A DNA stretch of 64,000 nt. Source: Candidatus Heimdallarchaeum aukensis. GTDB taxonomy: Archaea; Asgardarchaeota; Heimdallarchaeia; Heimdallarchaeales; Heimdallarchaeaceae. Within the stretch, counting starts at the first letter, position 1. Each line of letters starts with the position of its first letter. The notes under the pieces were generated by a model. The model ran no database searches, was not told where the DNA came from, and saw only the letters and a program-made list of their open reading frames with translations. Below are positions 8,531-17,998 of this stretch, one piece after another. Location of the stretch: NCBI GenBank assembly GCA_021513695.1, contig CP084166.1, positions 1 to 64,000 on the forward strand. The letters are read 5' to 3'. The translations under genes were made by a program, and so were the position numbers.

Positions 8531-11119
8531 ATGGAAAAACCTCTCTCTATCATAATCACAGATATAGATTTTTTTATAGAAGAATCAACAGAAGAGAGAA
8601 ATGAGCCAATTATTAGAATTAAAGGGAGAGATAAGAAAGGAAAAGTTATTGTTATACATGCCAAAGGATTCCTTCCCTATTTTTATGTAAAAGATTTACC
8701 CCAAACTCAGAGTACAATTCAGAATTTGCTCCAAGTTAAGCCTGAATTTGGAGAATGGATTGTAAGAACTGAACATGTCTTAAAACGGACTTATTATCAG
8801 TTAAGACCTGTTTATTTGTACAAGATTCTGGGAAATAATCCCTGGAAAATTAGAGGATTTAGTAAATTCCTCATGGATAAAGGAATAAAATGCTATGAAA
8901 ACGATGTTCCTTTTGTTTCAAGGTTCTTAATTGATACAGGATTACGAGCTTTAAACACTGTGATAGTGTCAGAGTATGAATTCTTAAAAGAAGAAAATGA
9001 AATTAAATATTATATTACTCATTATTCAAATATTTCTCCTTCTGAAGAAGAAACAGAGTATTTTCCTTTAATTGTTGCTTTTAAAATATTTATAGACTTG
9101 TCAGATAAAGGAGAAGGAGAAAAGAAAACACGGACTACTTACTTGGAAGAAGGGAGTAGAAGGATAATAGGAGCTAGTGTTACTTGGGGGCGAAAAGGAG
9201 AAATAAAAGGTAAGAAGCATTTCATTTTAGAAAATGATTCAGATGAAGAAGAAGAGAAACTTATTCTTGATTTCTGGGATTTTATTCACTCGTTATCTCC
9301 TGATGTGTTAGTTAGTTTTAAAGGAAACAGCATAGATCTCGCTTATATTATAAAGCGAATGAACTACTTTGAAATCCCTCTAAATGTTTGTAGCCCATAT
9401 CCTAATGGAAAAGTAAAGGAGCCTACTACATTTTATGGTTATAGGATCTCTGGTTACATGGTTTATGATTTAGTTTCCAGATCAAGGTGGATGAGATTAA
9501 AAACAGGGCAATCCAGATTAACTGACCTTGTTGCTGCCTATTTAGATGAGAAAAGAGAGGTTACTTCTAGTGATATAAACAATTTATGGATCGATGCCAA
9601 AATTAACAAAGATTCTCAAGCTAATCTGAAACTTGAAAAAACAATTGATTCTGATAGTACTTTTGTATATAAGCTCTTTGTAGTTCTAGGTTTTGATGAG
9701 TGGTTAGAGGTTATGCGAATTGTAGGTATTCAACCTTCAAAAGGTATTTATTCTACAGCTCGTCATCTTGGGGAATTTGAACTGATGAGAGTTATACATA
9801 AAAATAACACAATAATCCCGAGCCTTCCTACTCGTAAAGAAAAAGAAAGAAGAAGAGTCAATCGACCATTGGCTGAAGGAGGTTTCGTCATGGAACCCAA
9901 AGGAACGCTGCATAGAGCTGTTTTAATAGCTGATTTTACAAGTATGTATCCTAGTGTAATAGTCACTCATAATATTGGAGGAGAAAGCTTTAAGGGTCTA
10001 ACTTATAGTTATTATGAACGTTTTTACGATAAACCTGAAACAGCATTAAGAGTAATGGAAAAAAAATTATTATCTGAACGTAAAGAACTAAAAAAGGAAA
10101 TAAAAGAATTAGAATTGTTTATACGCTCTTTTCCTGAAAAGAAAGCTGAGATTGAGAATAAACTTAGAAAAATGAAAATAAAATCCAGTGCTTTAAAGGT
10201 AATAGCCAACTCCTTATACGGGAGTCATAATTACATAGGAAGTAGATTTTATAACACTGACATTTCAAATGCAATTACACACTTTTCTAGAGTTTATATT
10301 GAGAAAGTAGCTAAACTTGCTCTAGATTTTAGCGGAGGAAAAGTGGAAATTGTGTATGGTGATACCGATAGTGCTTTTCTCAAACTTTCTGATGAACAAA
10401 GCGTTTTTACAGCTTACGACAAAGTAAAAAGTGGAGAACAATTTAGTCTTGATTTTGTTCCTGAAGCAAAAGATTTACTCTATTATATAAACTCCAAACT
10501 TCCTGAAGATATGAGTCTTGAATTTGTTGATCTGGCATTGAGAATCGTTTTTGCCAAAGAAACGAAGAAAAGGTATAGTTATGTTAGTGTAGTAACAGGA
10601 AATTTGGAAATAATAGGTTTTGAAGCTATACGTTCAGATTTTAGTTCTTTCGCAAAACAAGTTCAAACACTCGCTTTAGAGAAACTATTACGAGAAGGGA
10701 GCTATGAAAAAGCAAAAAGAGCAGTGATTAATTTCTGTAAAGAATTTCAAAAGAAAAAAGGAAAAGAGCTACTACAACTTGTAACAATATATGGACCTGT
10801 TAGAAAGCACCCTTCAGAATATAAAAGCAAAACCCCAGCAATAGCTGCTTTACTTGAATATTCTAGAGTTAAACAGATTTCAATAGAAGAGTTGCAGAAA
10901 GAATATCAACGATTTCCTTATGTAATTGTTAAGGGGCCTGATGACAAAAACATCTACAAAAGGGCTAGGCATCCTTCTCTTATTAAGTCAGTAAATGAAA
11001 TTGATAAGAACTATTATATTGAGCAAGCTTTACGTTCTATTCAAAGATTAGGTGTAGATATAAAGCCTTCAGAAATCGCTTTAGATGCAGTTTCTATATT
11101 AGATTTTTCACTAGATTAG
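8531..11119 (+). CDS. polB: family-B DNA polymerase (PolB)
   Basis: Polymerase motifs A 'DFTSMYPSVI', B 'KVIANSLYG' and C 'YGDTDS' are present. N-terminal 'YENDVPFVSRFLIDTGL' aligns with archaeal PolB. The Exo I position reads 'AFKIFIDL' rather than 'AFDIET'. Confidence 0.9.
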   Translation: MEKPLSIIITDIDFFIEESTEERNEPIIRIKGRDKKGKVIVIHAKGFLPYFYVKDLPQTQSTIQNLLQVKPEFGEWIVRTEHVLKRTYYQLRPVYLYKILGNNPWKIRGFSKFLMDKGIKCYENDVPFVSRFLIDTGLRALNTVIVSEYEFLKEENEIKYYITHYSNISPSEEETEYFPLIVAFKIFIDLSDKGEGEKKTRTTYLEEGSRRIIGASVTWGRKGEIKGKKHFILENDSDEEEEKLILDFWDFIHSLSPDVLVSFKGNSIDLAYIIKRMNYFEIPLNVCSPYPNGKVKEPTTFYGYRISGYMVYDLVSRSRWMRLKTGQSRLTDLVAAYLDEKREVTSSDINNLWIDAKINKDSQANLKLEKTIDSDSTFVYKLFVVLGFDEWLEVMRIVGIQPSKGIYSTARHLGEFELMRVIHKNNTIIPSLPTRKEKERRRVNRPLAEGGFVMEPKGTLHRAVLIADFTSMYPSVIVTHNIGGESFKGLTYSYYERFYDKPETALRVMEKKLLSERKELKKEIKELELFIRSFPEKKAEIENKLRKMKIKSSALKVIANSLYGSHNYIGSRFYNTDISNAITHFSRVYIEKVAKLALDFSGGKVEIVYGDTDSAFLKLSDEQSVFTAYDKVKSGEQFSLDFVPEAKDLLYYINSKLPEDMSLEFVDLALRIVFAKETKKRYSYVSVVTGNLEIIGFEAIRSDFSSFAKQVQTLALEKLLREGSYEKAKRAVINFCKEFQKKKGKELLQLVTIYGPVRKHPSEYKSKTPAIAALLEYSRVKQISIEELQKEYQRFPYVIVKGPDDKNIYKRARHPSLIKSVNEIDKNYYIEQALRSIQRLGVDIKPSEIALDAVSILDFSLD

Positions 11120-11232
11120 CATAAATTTCTTTTAAAAATTAAATTTGTATAAAAAATATTCTTGTTCTCTTTTGATTTTTGCTTGATAAGTTAATTTTTT
11201 ATATGTTAATAAAAGTATTAAATTAGAAAGAG

Positions 11233-11472
11233 GTGAAAGTGTTGGCACGATGTCCTGATTGTGGAGGCGAAGTTAAGTACAAAGCTCCTTTTATGGTATG
11301 TATGGATTGTGGTCTTTCGTTTAGACGAGATGAATTTGAAAAAATGGAAAAGAAAATAAAGCAAGAATTAAAAACTGCTGTAGGATTAAGTGAAGAAGAA
11401 AAAGAAAGAGAAGACAGAGAGAAAAAACGTTCTTATTATCGCTGGTTAATGAAGAGAGAGGAAGAGGATTAA
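11233..11472 (+). CDS. small zinc-ribbon protein
   Basis: 'CPDCGG...CMDCG' gives two CxxC pairs. The C-terminus is a Glu/Lys-rich tail. Confidence 0.4.
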   Translation: MKVLARCPDCGGEVKYKAPFMVCMDCGLSFRRDEFEKMEKKIKQELKTAVGLSEEEKEREDREKKRSYYRWLMKREEED

Positions 11473-11473
11473 G

Positions 11474-11734
11474 ATGACGATTATAGCTCAACATCTTAAA
11501 TGCGATTTAAGGAAAAAATGTGCCTCATGTAGCAAATATCTTTTTTCTCCAAAACAAAGAACAAGATATTTTTATTGTCCAGAGTGTAAATACGACATTC
11601 TTTGTGACAGAGGATTAATCCAAAATTTTACTACAGATAGAAATGGGATGATCAAAAAGCAAAATCTATGTATGATCTGTAGAACTGAAGTTGAAGAAAG
11701 AATGTGGCCTGATGAAAGCGAAAATATAGAATGA
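11474..11734 (+). CDS. small zinc-ribbon protein
   Basis: 'CASC...CPEC...CMIC' CxxC pairs. Its start overlaps the preceding stop (translationally coupled pair). Confidence 0.4.
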   Translation: MTIIAQHLKCDLRKKCASCSKYLFSPKQRTRYFYCPECKYDILCDRGLIQNFTTDRNGMIKKQNLCMICRTEVEERMWPDESENIE

Positions 11735-11771
11735 GGGCAAAAGTAAAAAAAATAAAAAAGAAAAATTAAGT

Positions 11772-13148
11772 TTAATAAATAACATAAAGACCAGGGTCAT
11801 CCATCACATAAATTGTTGCATCTGGATTTTTATCTAAATATGCTTTTACTTCTTTTCTTAAAGCTTCTAAGGGGTCATCATTTGGTTGGTTAATTGGAAC
11901 AATTCTATAATCTTTAACTATTTCTGGTTCCATTGTTGAAAGAAGCTTTAGGTTTCCTTCTCCTATTGTTTTAACAATTCTAAGTAGATCTACTGGTTTC
12001 TGATTTCCAATCTTGAACGTTTCTTCACTACAATAGTTATCAAGTACATACTCTAAAGCTTCTTGGAGTTCCATTGCTTTGCTTTCTTGCATAACTTTTT
12101 CGTAGTTTGCGTTCCCTATTCCGTCTGGACAAGGAGCTACAGCAATTATTTCTCCTTTTCCATCTTTTTTACAAGCATTCCAAGCAGCATGTATGCCTTT
12201 ACCTGTTTGATAAAGGTTTATTCCCCAAGACTGGTTCCCTATGATAACAAGATCACCAGGTTTTTCTACTTTTACAGTTCTCATTGGAACAATATTTTTT
12301 GCTCCTTCTTCATGTAGAGCTATCAAATCTCCAGCGTTAATATAAACTATTTCTCCTTCGGTTACAATAGTATCTATACCGAAAATTGTGACTTTTTCTT
12401 TAAGTATTTTAACCATTTCTTTAATATCAGAGATTACAGGATTTGTTTCATCTGCATTTCCAAGTCTACAACCAGGAACAAAACCTAGTTCGCGATCAAA
12501 CATACGTGGATGATTGATTCTTACTGTATCTCTTGCAGCGATACCGGGGCACATCTCTTTAACTGTTCCTGCAACTCCAGCAAAATAATGCAGTTCACTA
12601 TCTGTAATTGGAATAAGAATTGAACTTTCAAACGCAAGTTTGTTGAAACCCATAGGTGTTCCTGCTGGGCTAGTTCCTATCATCTCCACGTCTTTATCAC
12701 AATCATGAACTACAATTAATTCTCGATAATCTTTTAGTATTTCTTCTCCAAAAATCTTTACCAATTCTTCTTCTCTTGGCTGCCTATGTGTTCCAGCTGC
12801 GACTAAAAGGCGAATGTCTTCTTTTGCTACTCCCAGGTCAAGTATCTTTTTCAAGAAATAAGGTAGTATCTTTTTAGTATGTATATTGGGTCTTGTATTA
12901 TCGTCAACTGCTATAACAATTGGTTTACCCGGTTCATACTTTTGTTTTACGAGCTCTGCAAAAGTTATATCATAGCCAATAGGATTTTCGAGCACATAAT
13001 CAATAGCTTCCTCTAAAGTTCCTTCATACTGTTTTTTTCTACTAAACTCAGGAGGATGCAAAAACTTTGTTTTTTCTTTATACTCACTTGGAATAAAGTG
13101 ATTAAGAAATTTGTCCCCCCATGATATAGGTGTATCTAAATATTCCAT
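11772..13148 (-). CDS. LarA-like (lactate racemase / DUF2088 family) nickel-pincer-dependent enzyme homolog
   Basis: 'IVIAVDDNTRP' and 'AAGTHRQP' resemble the LarA 'DxTRP' and 'GxHR' motifs. The length (458 aa) is similar to LarA. Confidence 0.5.
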   Translation of the reverse strand: MEYLDTPISWGDKFLNHFIPSEYKEKTKFLHPPEFSRKKQYEGTLEEAIDYVLENPIGYDITFAELVKQKYEPGKPIVIAVDDNTRPNIHTKKILPYFLKKILDLGVAKEDIRLLVAAGTHRQPREEELVKIFGEEILKDYRELIVVHDCDKDVEMIGTSPAGTPMGFNKLAFESSILIPITDSELHYFAGVAGTVKEMCPGIAARDTVRINHPRMFDRELGFVPGCRLGNADETNPVISDIKEMVKILKEKVTIFGIDTIVTEGEIVYINAGDLIALHEEGAKNIVPMRTVKVEKPGDLVIIGNQSWGINLYQTGKGIHAAWNACKKDGKGEIIAVAPCPDGIGNANYEKVMQESKAMELQEALEYVLDNYCSEETFKIGNQKPVDLLRIVKTIGEGNLKLLSTMEPEIVKDYRIVPINQPNDDPLEALRKEVKAYLDKNPDATIYVMDDPGLYVIY

Positions 13149-13400
13149 TTTCTTTCACCAGAAGGTTATTTCTAAGGTTGAGGAACAAAACCGAATATAA
13201 ATTTTTGTTAAGAGAGCTATAAAAAAGGTAGTGAGTAAGTGAGTCCTATTCCAGATTTTTTCCCTAAACACCTATTTCTTTAAATATTACTGTAAGAACT
13301 TTTCTATTTTCTCACTACAGAAAAGAAAACTAAATGATTTAACAAAAGTGTTTTATCTTCTTTAAAAAACTGTAATATAAGATAATTTAGGAGATTAAAA

Positions 13401-14288
13401 ATGAAAATTATTCCTGGTCCAGCTTCAGTTGAACTCGCAGAAAAAATAGCAGAAGAGCTTAATCTTTCTGTAGTAAAACATAGTTACAAACATTTTTACG
13501 ACAATGAAACATATTTAAGAGTTGATGAATCAGTTAAAAATGAAACAATTTTACTAATACAGTCTACACATTTTCCTCAAGAGAAACATTGGATAGAACT
13601 GCTCATTCTCTGTTCTACACTTAAAGATTTAGGGGCTGCTGAAGTAATAAGCATAATTCCTTATCTATCCTATGCAAGGGCTGATAAAAGGAAAATAGAG
13701 GGAGAAGCACTTTCTCATCAAATTCTTATTACTCTTCTGGAGAAAAGTGGATGTGATTCTATTATTACGATGAATGTTCACAACCCTGAAGCTTTTTATT
13801 CTTCTTCTAAATCAATTGAAAAGATAAATATAAATCTCTTTCACTATATTGGAGAAGAACTAAAGAGCAAGTACAATAACTTTGTTGTTGTTGGACCAGA
13901 TAAAGGCGCAGAAGAAGATGTAAAAACATTAGCAAAATTACTTGAAACAGAATATCTCCTTTTCGAAAAAGAAAGAGATGCTTTAACAAATGAAGTAAAA
14001 ATGCAAGCGCCTGATTATAGTTTTGAAAATAAGAATGTATTATTAGTAGATGATATAATCACTTCTGGAGGAACAGCAAAACTTGCTTCAAAGCTTATTT
14101 TAGAACAAAAACCACGAACACTTCAGTTCTTGTGTATTCACGCTTTATCTAAAGACGAAGTTTATGCTGATTTGAAAAACATGGGTGTAGAAAAAATAAT
14201 AAGTACGAATACCATTCCTAATAAGCAATTAGAACAATTAGATATTGCTCCTTACATTGCAAAATATATTAAGGAAAAATTCCTCTAA
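13401..14288 (+). CDS. prs: ribose-phosphate pyrophosphokinase (PRPP synthetase)
   Basis: N-terminal 'KIIPGPASVELAEKIAEELNL' and PRPP-binding loop 'VLLVDDIITSGGT'. Confidence 0.85.
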   Translation: MKIIPGPASVELAEKIAEELNLSVVKHSYKHFYDNETYLRVDESVKNETILLIQSTHFPQEKHWIELLILCSTLKDLGAAEVISIIPYLSYARADKRKIEGEALSHQILITLLEKSGCDSIITMNVHNPEAFYSSSKSIEKININLFHYIGEELKSKYNNFVVVGPDKGAEEDVKTLAKLLETEYLLFEKERDALTNEVKMQAPDYSFENKNVLLVDDIITSGGTAKLASKLILEQKPRTLQFLCIHALSKDEVYADLKNMGVEKIISTNTIPNKQLEQLDIAPYIAKYIKEKFL

Positions 14289-14331
14289 TTTACTTTGCTC
14301 TATATTCTATCTTTATTACCTTGTGATCAGT

Positions 14332-15372
14332 ATGAAAAAATATCTTGTTTATCTTTCTGGAGATTATCTTAATCTAGCACTAGAAGAGTTAAAAGCTAGT
14401 TTAGAAGCAGAAGATATTCCGTACTCAAATATGGAATTAATCTCCCAAATAGTTATTTTTGAAAGCAATAAAGAACCTTTGGTTGCAATAAGACGTTGTG
14501 CGTATACACACTTTTTAGCTGAACTGTGTTTTATTGGTGAAATTGAGAATAACAAGATAGATGTTCAAGTTCTTACTTTACCTAATTTAGAAGAAAAAAA
14601 ATCTATAAGGGTACGAATTAAGAAAATTGGAAAGAATAAATCCAATTTTAGCACTTCTGAAATGGAAAAAACAATTGCTAAAGAAATATATGAGCATTAT
14701 TTAAACCATGATTTTGAAGTTGATTTAATAAATGCTGATTATACCTTTAGAGGAATATGTATAGCAAATAAATTATTTGTAGGATTTGAACTCTATATTC
14801 AAGATAAAAAAGAAATTGTTAAAAGAGAGCCTGGAAAAAGACCCGTATTCAGACCTGGAGCAATGAAAGTTAAATTTTCTCGTTCGCTTGTTAATCTTTG
14901 TAGAGTAAAAAAAGATTCAATTTTCTATGACCCTTTTTGTGGTGGAGGAGGTTTATTGCTCGAAACTCTACTTTTAGGAGCCTATTCTATTGGTTCAGAT
15001 TTGGATTACAGGGCAATAGAAAGTTCAAAAGTTAACTTGAAAACATATGTTCAAAAAAAATATGAATTGTTAGTAGCTGACTCTAGAAAGCTTCCAATTA
15101 TCCGCGCTGATGCTATTGCAACAGATCCACCTTATTCAATACAATCATCAACACATGGAGAAGAGATTCTCTCTTTGCTTTCTAAATTCTTGGAAGAAGC
15201 GCAATCTCTCCTAAAGAAAGGTTCATACTGCGTTTTCTGTTCTCCTAAAAAGAATCAACCAGAAAAAATAATAGATGATTTTCCTAGCTTTAGTTTAAAA
15301 ACAATTATTGATACTAGAATTCACAAATCATTAACTAGGCGTATAATCGTATTGGTGAAAAATAGTGACTGA
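14332..15372 (+). CDS. THUMP-domain tRNA (guanine-N2)-methyltransferase (Trm-G10/Trm11-like)
   Basis: SAM-MTase motif I 'DPFCGGGGLLLE' and motif IV 'DPPY'. The N-terminal roughly 150 aa is consistent with THUMP. Start taken at the ATG at 14332 (the track ORF begins at 14245 and overlaps prs). Confidence 0.6.
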   Translation: MKKYLVYLSGDYLNLALEELKASLEAEDIPYSNMELISQIVIFESNKEPLVAIRRCAYTHFLAELCFIGEIENNKIDVQVLTLPNLEEKKSIRVRIKKIGKNKSNFSTSEMEKTIAKEIYEHYLNHDFEVDLINADYTFRGICIANKLFVGFELYIQDKKEIVKREPGKRPVFRPGAMKVKFSRSLVNLCRVKKDSIFYDPFCGGGGLLLETLLLGAYSIGSDLDYRAIESSKVNLKTYVQKKYELLVADSRKLPIIRADAIATDPPYSIQSSTHGEEILSLLSKFLEEAQSLLKKGSYCVFCSPKKNQPEKIIDDFPSFSLKTIIDTRIHKSLTRRIIVLVKNSD

Positions 15373-16300
15373 AACAGTAGAAGTAGTTTTTCTAGGTACA
15401 GCAGCTTCATTACCACAGAAAAACAGAAAACAAAGTTGCACTACAATCAAGTTTAAAGATTACACCTTAATAATTGATATGGGTGAAAGTGCTCAGAATC
15501 TGATTAGAGAATACCAAATAAAGACTTCAAATAAACTCTTTATTCTTCTTACTCATTTACACGCTGATCACACTATTGGCCTAATAGGTTTTCTTTCAAG
15601 TAGAAACTTGCTAAAAATAAATAGCAAAGTAACTGTAATTGGTCCTCCTGGAACAAGGCGCTTTTTCTACTTTATGTTCTTATCTTTTAACTTTCTACCC
15701 AAATTTGAATTAGAAATAATAGAAACAGAAGGAGAAATCATCCTAAATAATCTAGATTTCTCAATTAAATCTTTTCCAGTTAAACATTCTTCTCCTTTCA
15801 ATCTAGGGTATAAGATAACCTTTTACCCTTCTTCTATTGCGACATTTAACCCTGAAAAAGCAGAGAAAAAAGGTATTCCAAAAGGTGTACTTTGGAAAAA
15901 ACTACAGGATGGATTTCCAATAGAAGTTGATGGAAAGAAGATTTTACCTTCTGAAATTTTAGAGCCAAAAATATCAAAAGAAATACAGATTACTTTCTCT
16001 GGTGACACTCGCCCTTGTGAAACTCTTGTTGAAAATGCAAGAGAAGTAGATTTGTTGGTTTGTGATGCCACTTATCCTGAAGAATGTGAAGATAGAGCAA
16101 AAGAATTTTTACACTCTACAATTGAAGAAGCTGCAATAGTTGCTCAGAAAGCAAATTGTAAACAAGTTGTTTTCACTCACTTTTCAGAGTTTTACACCGA
16201 CTTTGAATCTAGTCTAGAGAAAGCTAAAGCCATTTTTGAAAATTCTTCTTTAGCTGAGGAAGGAAAAAGAATAATTTTAGATTATACTTCAAATCTCTAA
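15365..16300 (+). CDS. rnz: ribonuclease Z (tRNA 3' endonuclease), metallo-beta-lactamase fold
   Basis: 'VVFLGTAASLP' N-terminus and 'LLTHLHADHTIGL' (HxHxDH). Short-form RNase Z length (311 aa). Confidence 0.8.
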   Translation: MTETVEVVFLGTAASLPQKNRKQSCTTIKFKDYTLIIDMGESAQNLIREYQIKTSNKLFILLTHLHADHTIGLIGFLSSRNLLKINSKVTVIGPPGTRRFFYFMFLSFNFLPKFELEIIETEGEIILNNLDFSIKSFPVKHSSPFNLGYKITFYPSSIATFNPEKAEKKGIPKGVLWKKLQDGFPIEVDGKKILPSEILEPKISKEIQITFSGDTRPCETLVENAREVDLLVCDATYPEECEDRAKEFLHSTIEEAAIVAQKANCKQVVFTHFSEFYTDFESSLEKAKAIFENSSLAEEGKRIILDYTSNL

Positions 16301-16752
16301 GAAAAACTATAAATCTCTCTAAAACTTCTTGGATTAATTTCTTTTCCCTTTTCTGTTTTTGGAGCTAACCAATCTAATATTTCCTCTGCTGTATCATTTT
16401 CTGATTGAATTCGAAGCTCAATATGACCAAAAGGAGAAGAAGTATCTTCTGTTACTACAGCAATTCTTTTTGAACAGAGAGCTTGTTTATGTAGATATAA
16501 GAGTAATGTATATTCGTTTTCTATAACAGCACAAGCTCTTACTGTATCTAAAAATTTCTTCTGTCTAATATCAGAAAAGATTCTCTTAAGCAGTCCAATA
16601 CCGATGTTTGTTGAGTACAAAAAATTTACTCCTCTCTCCTCTATTATCTTTAATTTTACTTTTTTGTCAAACAGATTTTCAATACACTTCTCGATTTTTT
16701 CTTTATCTTCAGTTGGATAGATGGGTGTTTTAACCGAAATTGTTAATGTCAT
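16297..16752 (-). CDS. UPF0201-family protein (archaeal, usually paired with UPF0200 kinase)
   Basis: 151 aa. It is translationally coupled (shared ATGA) with the upstream P-loop kinase. That arrangement is the conserved archaeal gene pair. Confidence 0.5.
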   Translation of the reverse strand: MTLTISVKTPIYPTEDKEKIEKCIENLFDKKVKLKIIEERGVNFLYSTNIGIGLLKRIFSDIRQKKFLDTVRACAVIENEYTLLLYLHKQALCSKRIAVVTEDTSSPFGHIELRIQSENDTAEEILDWLAPKTEKGKEINPRSFREIYSFS

Positions 16753-17327
16753 TATTTTTCTACCTGTTCAAAGTGATTAAAAAAGTCATAAACTTTCTTC
16801 TTGAATTCTTCGATATTACTGTTATTCTCAATCATATAATTAGCGTAAGCTATAGCTTCTCCAAGCCCTACACTTAGTTCTACTTGATCTCTTCTATTAA
16901 ACTCTTCAATAGTAGTAGGAGCATCTGAACGTTTTCTTTCTTTTAAACGGTTAAACCTGAATTTGGAATCAGCATGAACTGCAAGTACAGAAAACGCGTC
17001 ATCAAACTTTTTTCTAAAAGTATCAACTTCATCTTGACTACGAATACCATCAATAATAAATTTGTTCTTTCCTTCTTTGGATATTTTTTCTATTTCAGCT
17101 ACAGTGGCTAGAGCTACAGCATTGGGTCCGTGTCTTCTTCTTAGTTCTTGCATCATCAAATTACAATTTTCAGGAGTTGGTTCTTTTCCTTCTTCTCTAA
17201 CTTTTTGTCTAATAACATCTCCCATAATTACTATAGTATAGCCAAAATCTTTTCCTATCCTTGCTAATTCTGATTTTCCTGAACCAGGCATCCCAGTTAT
17301 TCCTATAACTCTGAAAATATTACTCAT
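16752..17327 (-). CDS. UPF0200-family P-loop nucleotide kinase (adenylate/dephospho-CoA kinase-like)
   Basis: Walker A 'GITGMPGSGKS'. Length about 190 aa. Confidence 0.6.
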   Translation of the reverse strand: MSNIFRVIGITGMPGSGKSELARIGKDFGYTIVIMGDVIRQKVREEGKEPTPENCNLMMQELRRRHGPNAVALATVAEIEKISKEGKNKFIIDGIRSQDEVDTFRKKFDDAFSVLAVHADSKFRFNRLKERKRSDAPTTIEEFNRRDQVELSVGLGEAIAYANYMIENNSNIEEFKKKVYDFFNHFEQVEK

Positions 17328-17437
17328 TGGTTTCAGCTCCTTTAAAAATAAAGCTAATAAAAATATTTAGATTATTTGTAGGGATATAATTATAATTTAA
17401 CAAAAAAAAATATATAGACACTATTTTTTTTGATTCT

Positions 17438-17998
17438 GTGAAAAGGGTATTTATTTCGATTGATGTAGAAGATGAAGAAGTTTTAGAGAACATCAAACAA
17501 GTACAAAAAAAATTATTAGAAACAGGTTCCTCTATCAAACTTGTAGAACTCTTTAACTTACACCTAACTCTGGAGTTTCTAGGGGAAATAAATGAAAAAG
17601 AAGTAGAGTATGTTATGGATATTTTATCAAGCTTATCTTTTAATGAATTTAGTCTCTCTTTCCACAGTTTAGTAAGCTTACCCAATGAGAATTATATTAG
17701 AGTAATAGCTACTGAAGTTGGAGAGCAAGTTGATATACTTAAAAGTCTTCAAAGTGAATTGAGAGCAAAACTAAAGAAGGGACGATTTAAAGTAGATAAA
17801 AGAACTTATACTCCTCATCTGACCATAGCAAGAGTGAAGTCTAGAAAAAACAAAGAAAAAATACTCAAAATTCTGCATTCATATAAAGAAAAAAACTATG
17901 GAACAATAAAAGTAGATGCTATTAACTTGAAAGAATCTATTCTCACTCCTCAGGGGCCAAAATACATTACTCTATTCAAAAAAAAAGGTAGAAACTGA
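17438..17998 (+). CDS. thpR: RNA 2',3'-cyclic phosphodiesterase / 2'-5' RNA ligase (LigT/ThpR, 2H family)
   Basis: Two H-x-T-x motifs, 'HLTLEFLGE' and 'HLTIARV'. GTG start. Confidence 0.75.
   Translation: MKRVFISIDVEDEEVLENIKQVQKKLLETGSSIKLVELFNLHLTLEFLGEINEKEVEYVMDILSSLSFNEFSLSFHSLVSLPNENYIRVIATEVGEQVDILKSLQSELRAKLKKGRFKVDKRTYTPHLTIARVKSRKNKEKILKILHSYKEKNYGTIKVDAINLKESILTPQGPKYITLFKKKGRN

Noticed and set aside
8531-11119. Intein in PolB, or in the ABC ATPase insertion (20120..21751)
   Set aside because: There is no C/S...HN-C/S/T splice-junction pattern and no endonuclease (LAGLIDADG or HNH) motifs. PolB motif spacing is normal, and the ABC insertion lacks intein blocks.
17320-17685. 121-aa minus-strand ORF overlapping the ligT start
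   Set aside because: It overlaps two well-supported genes (the UPF0200 kinase and ligT) and has no motifs.
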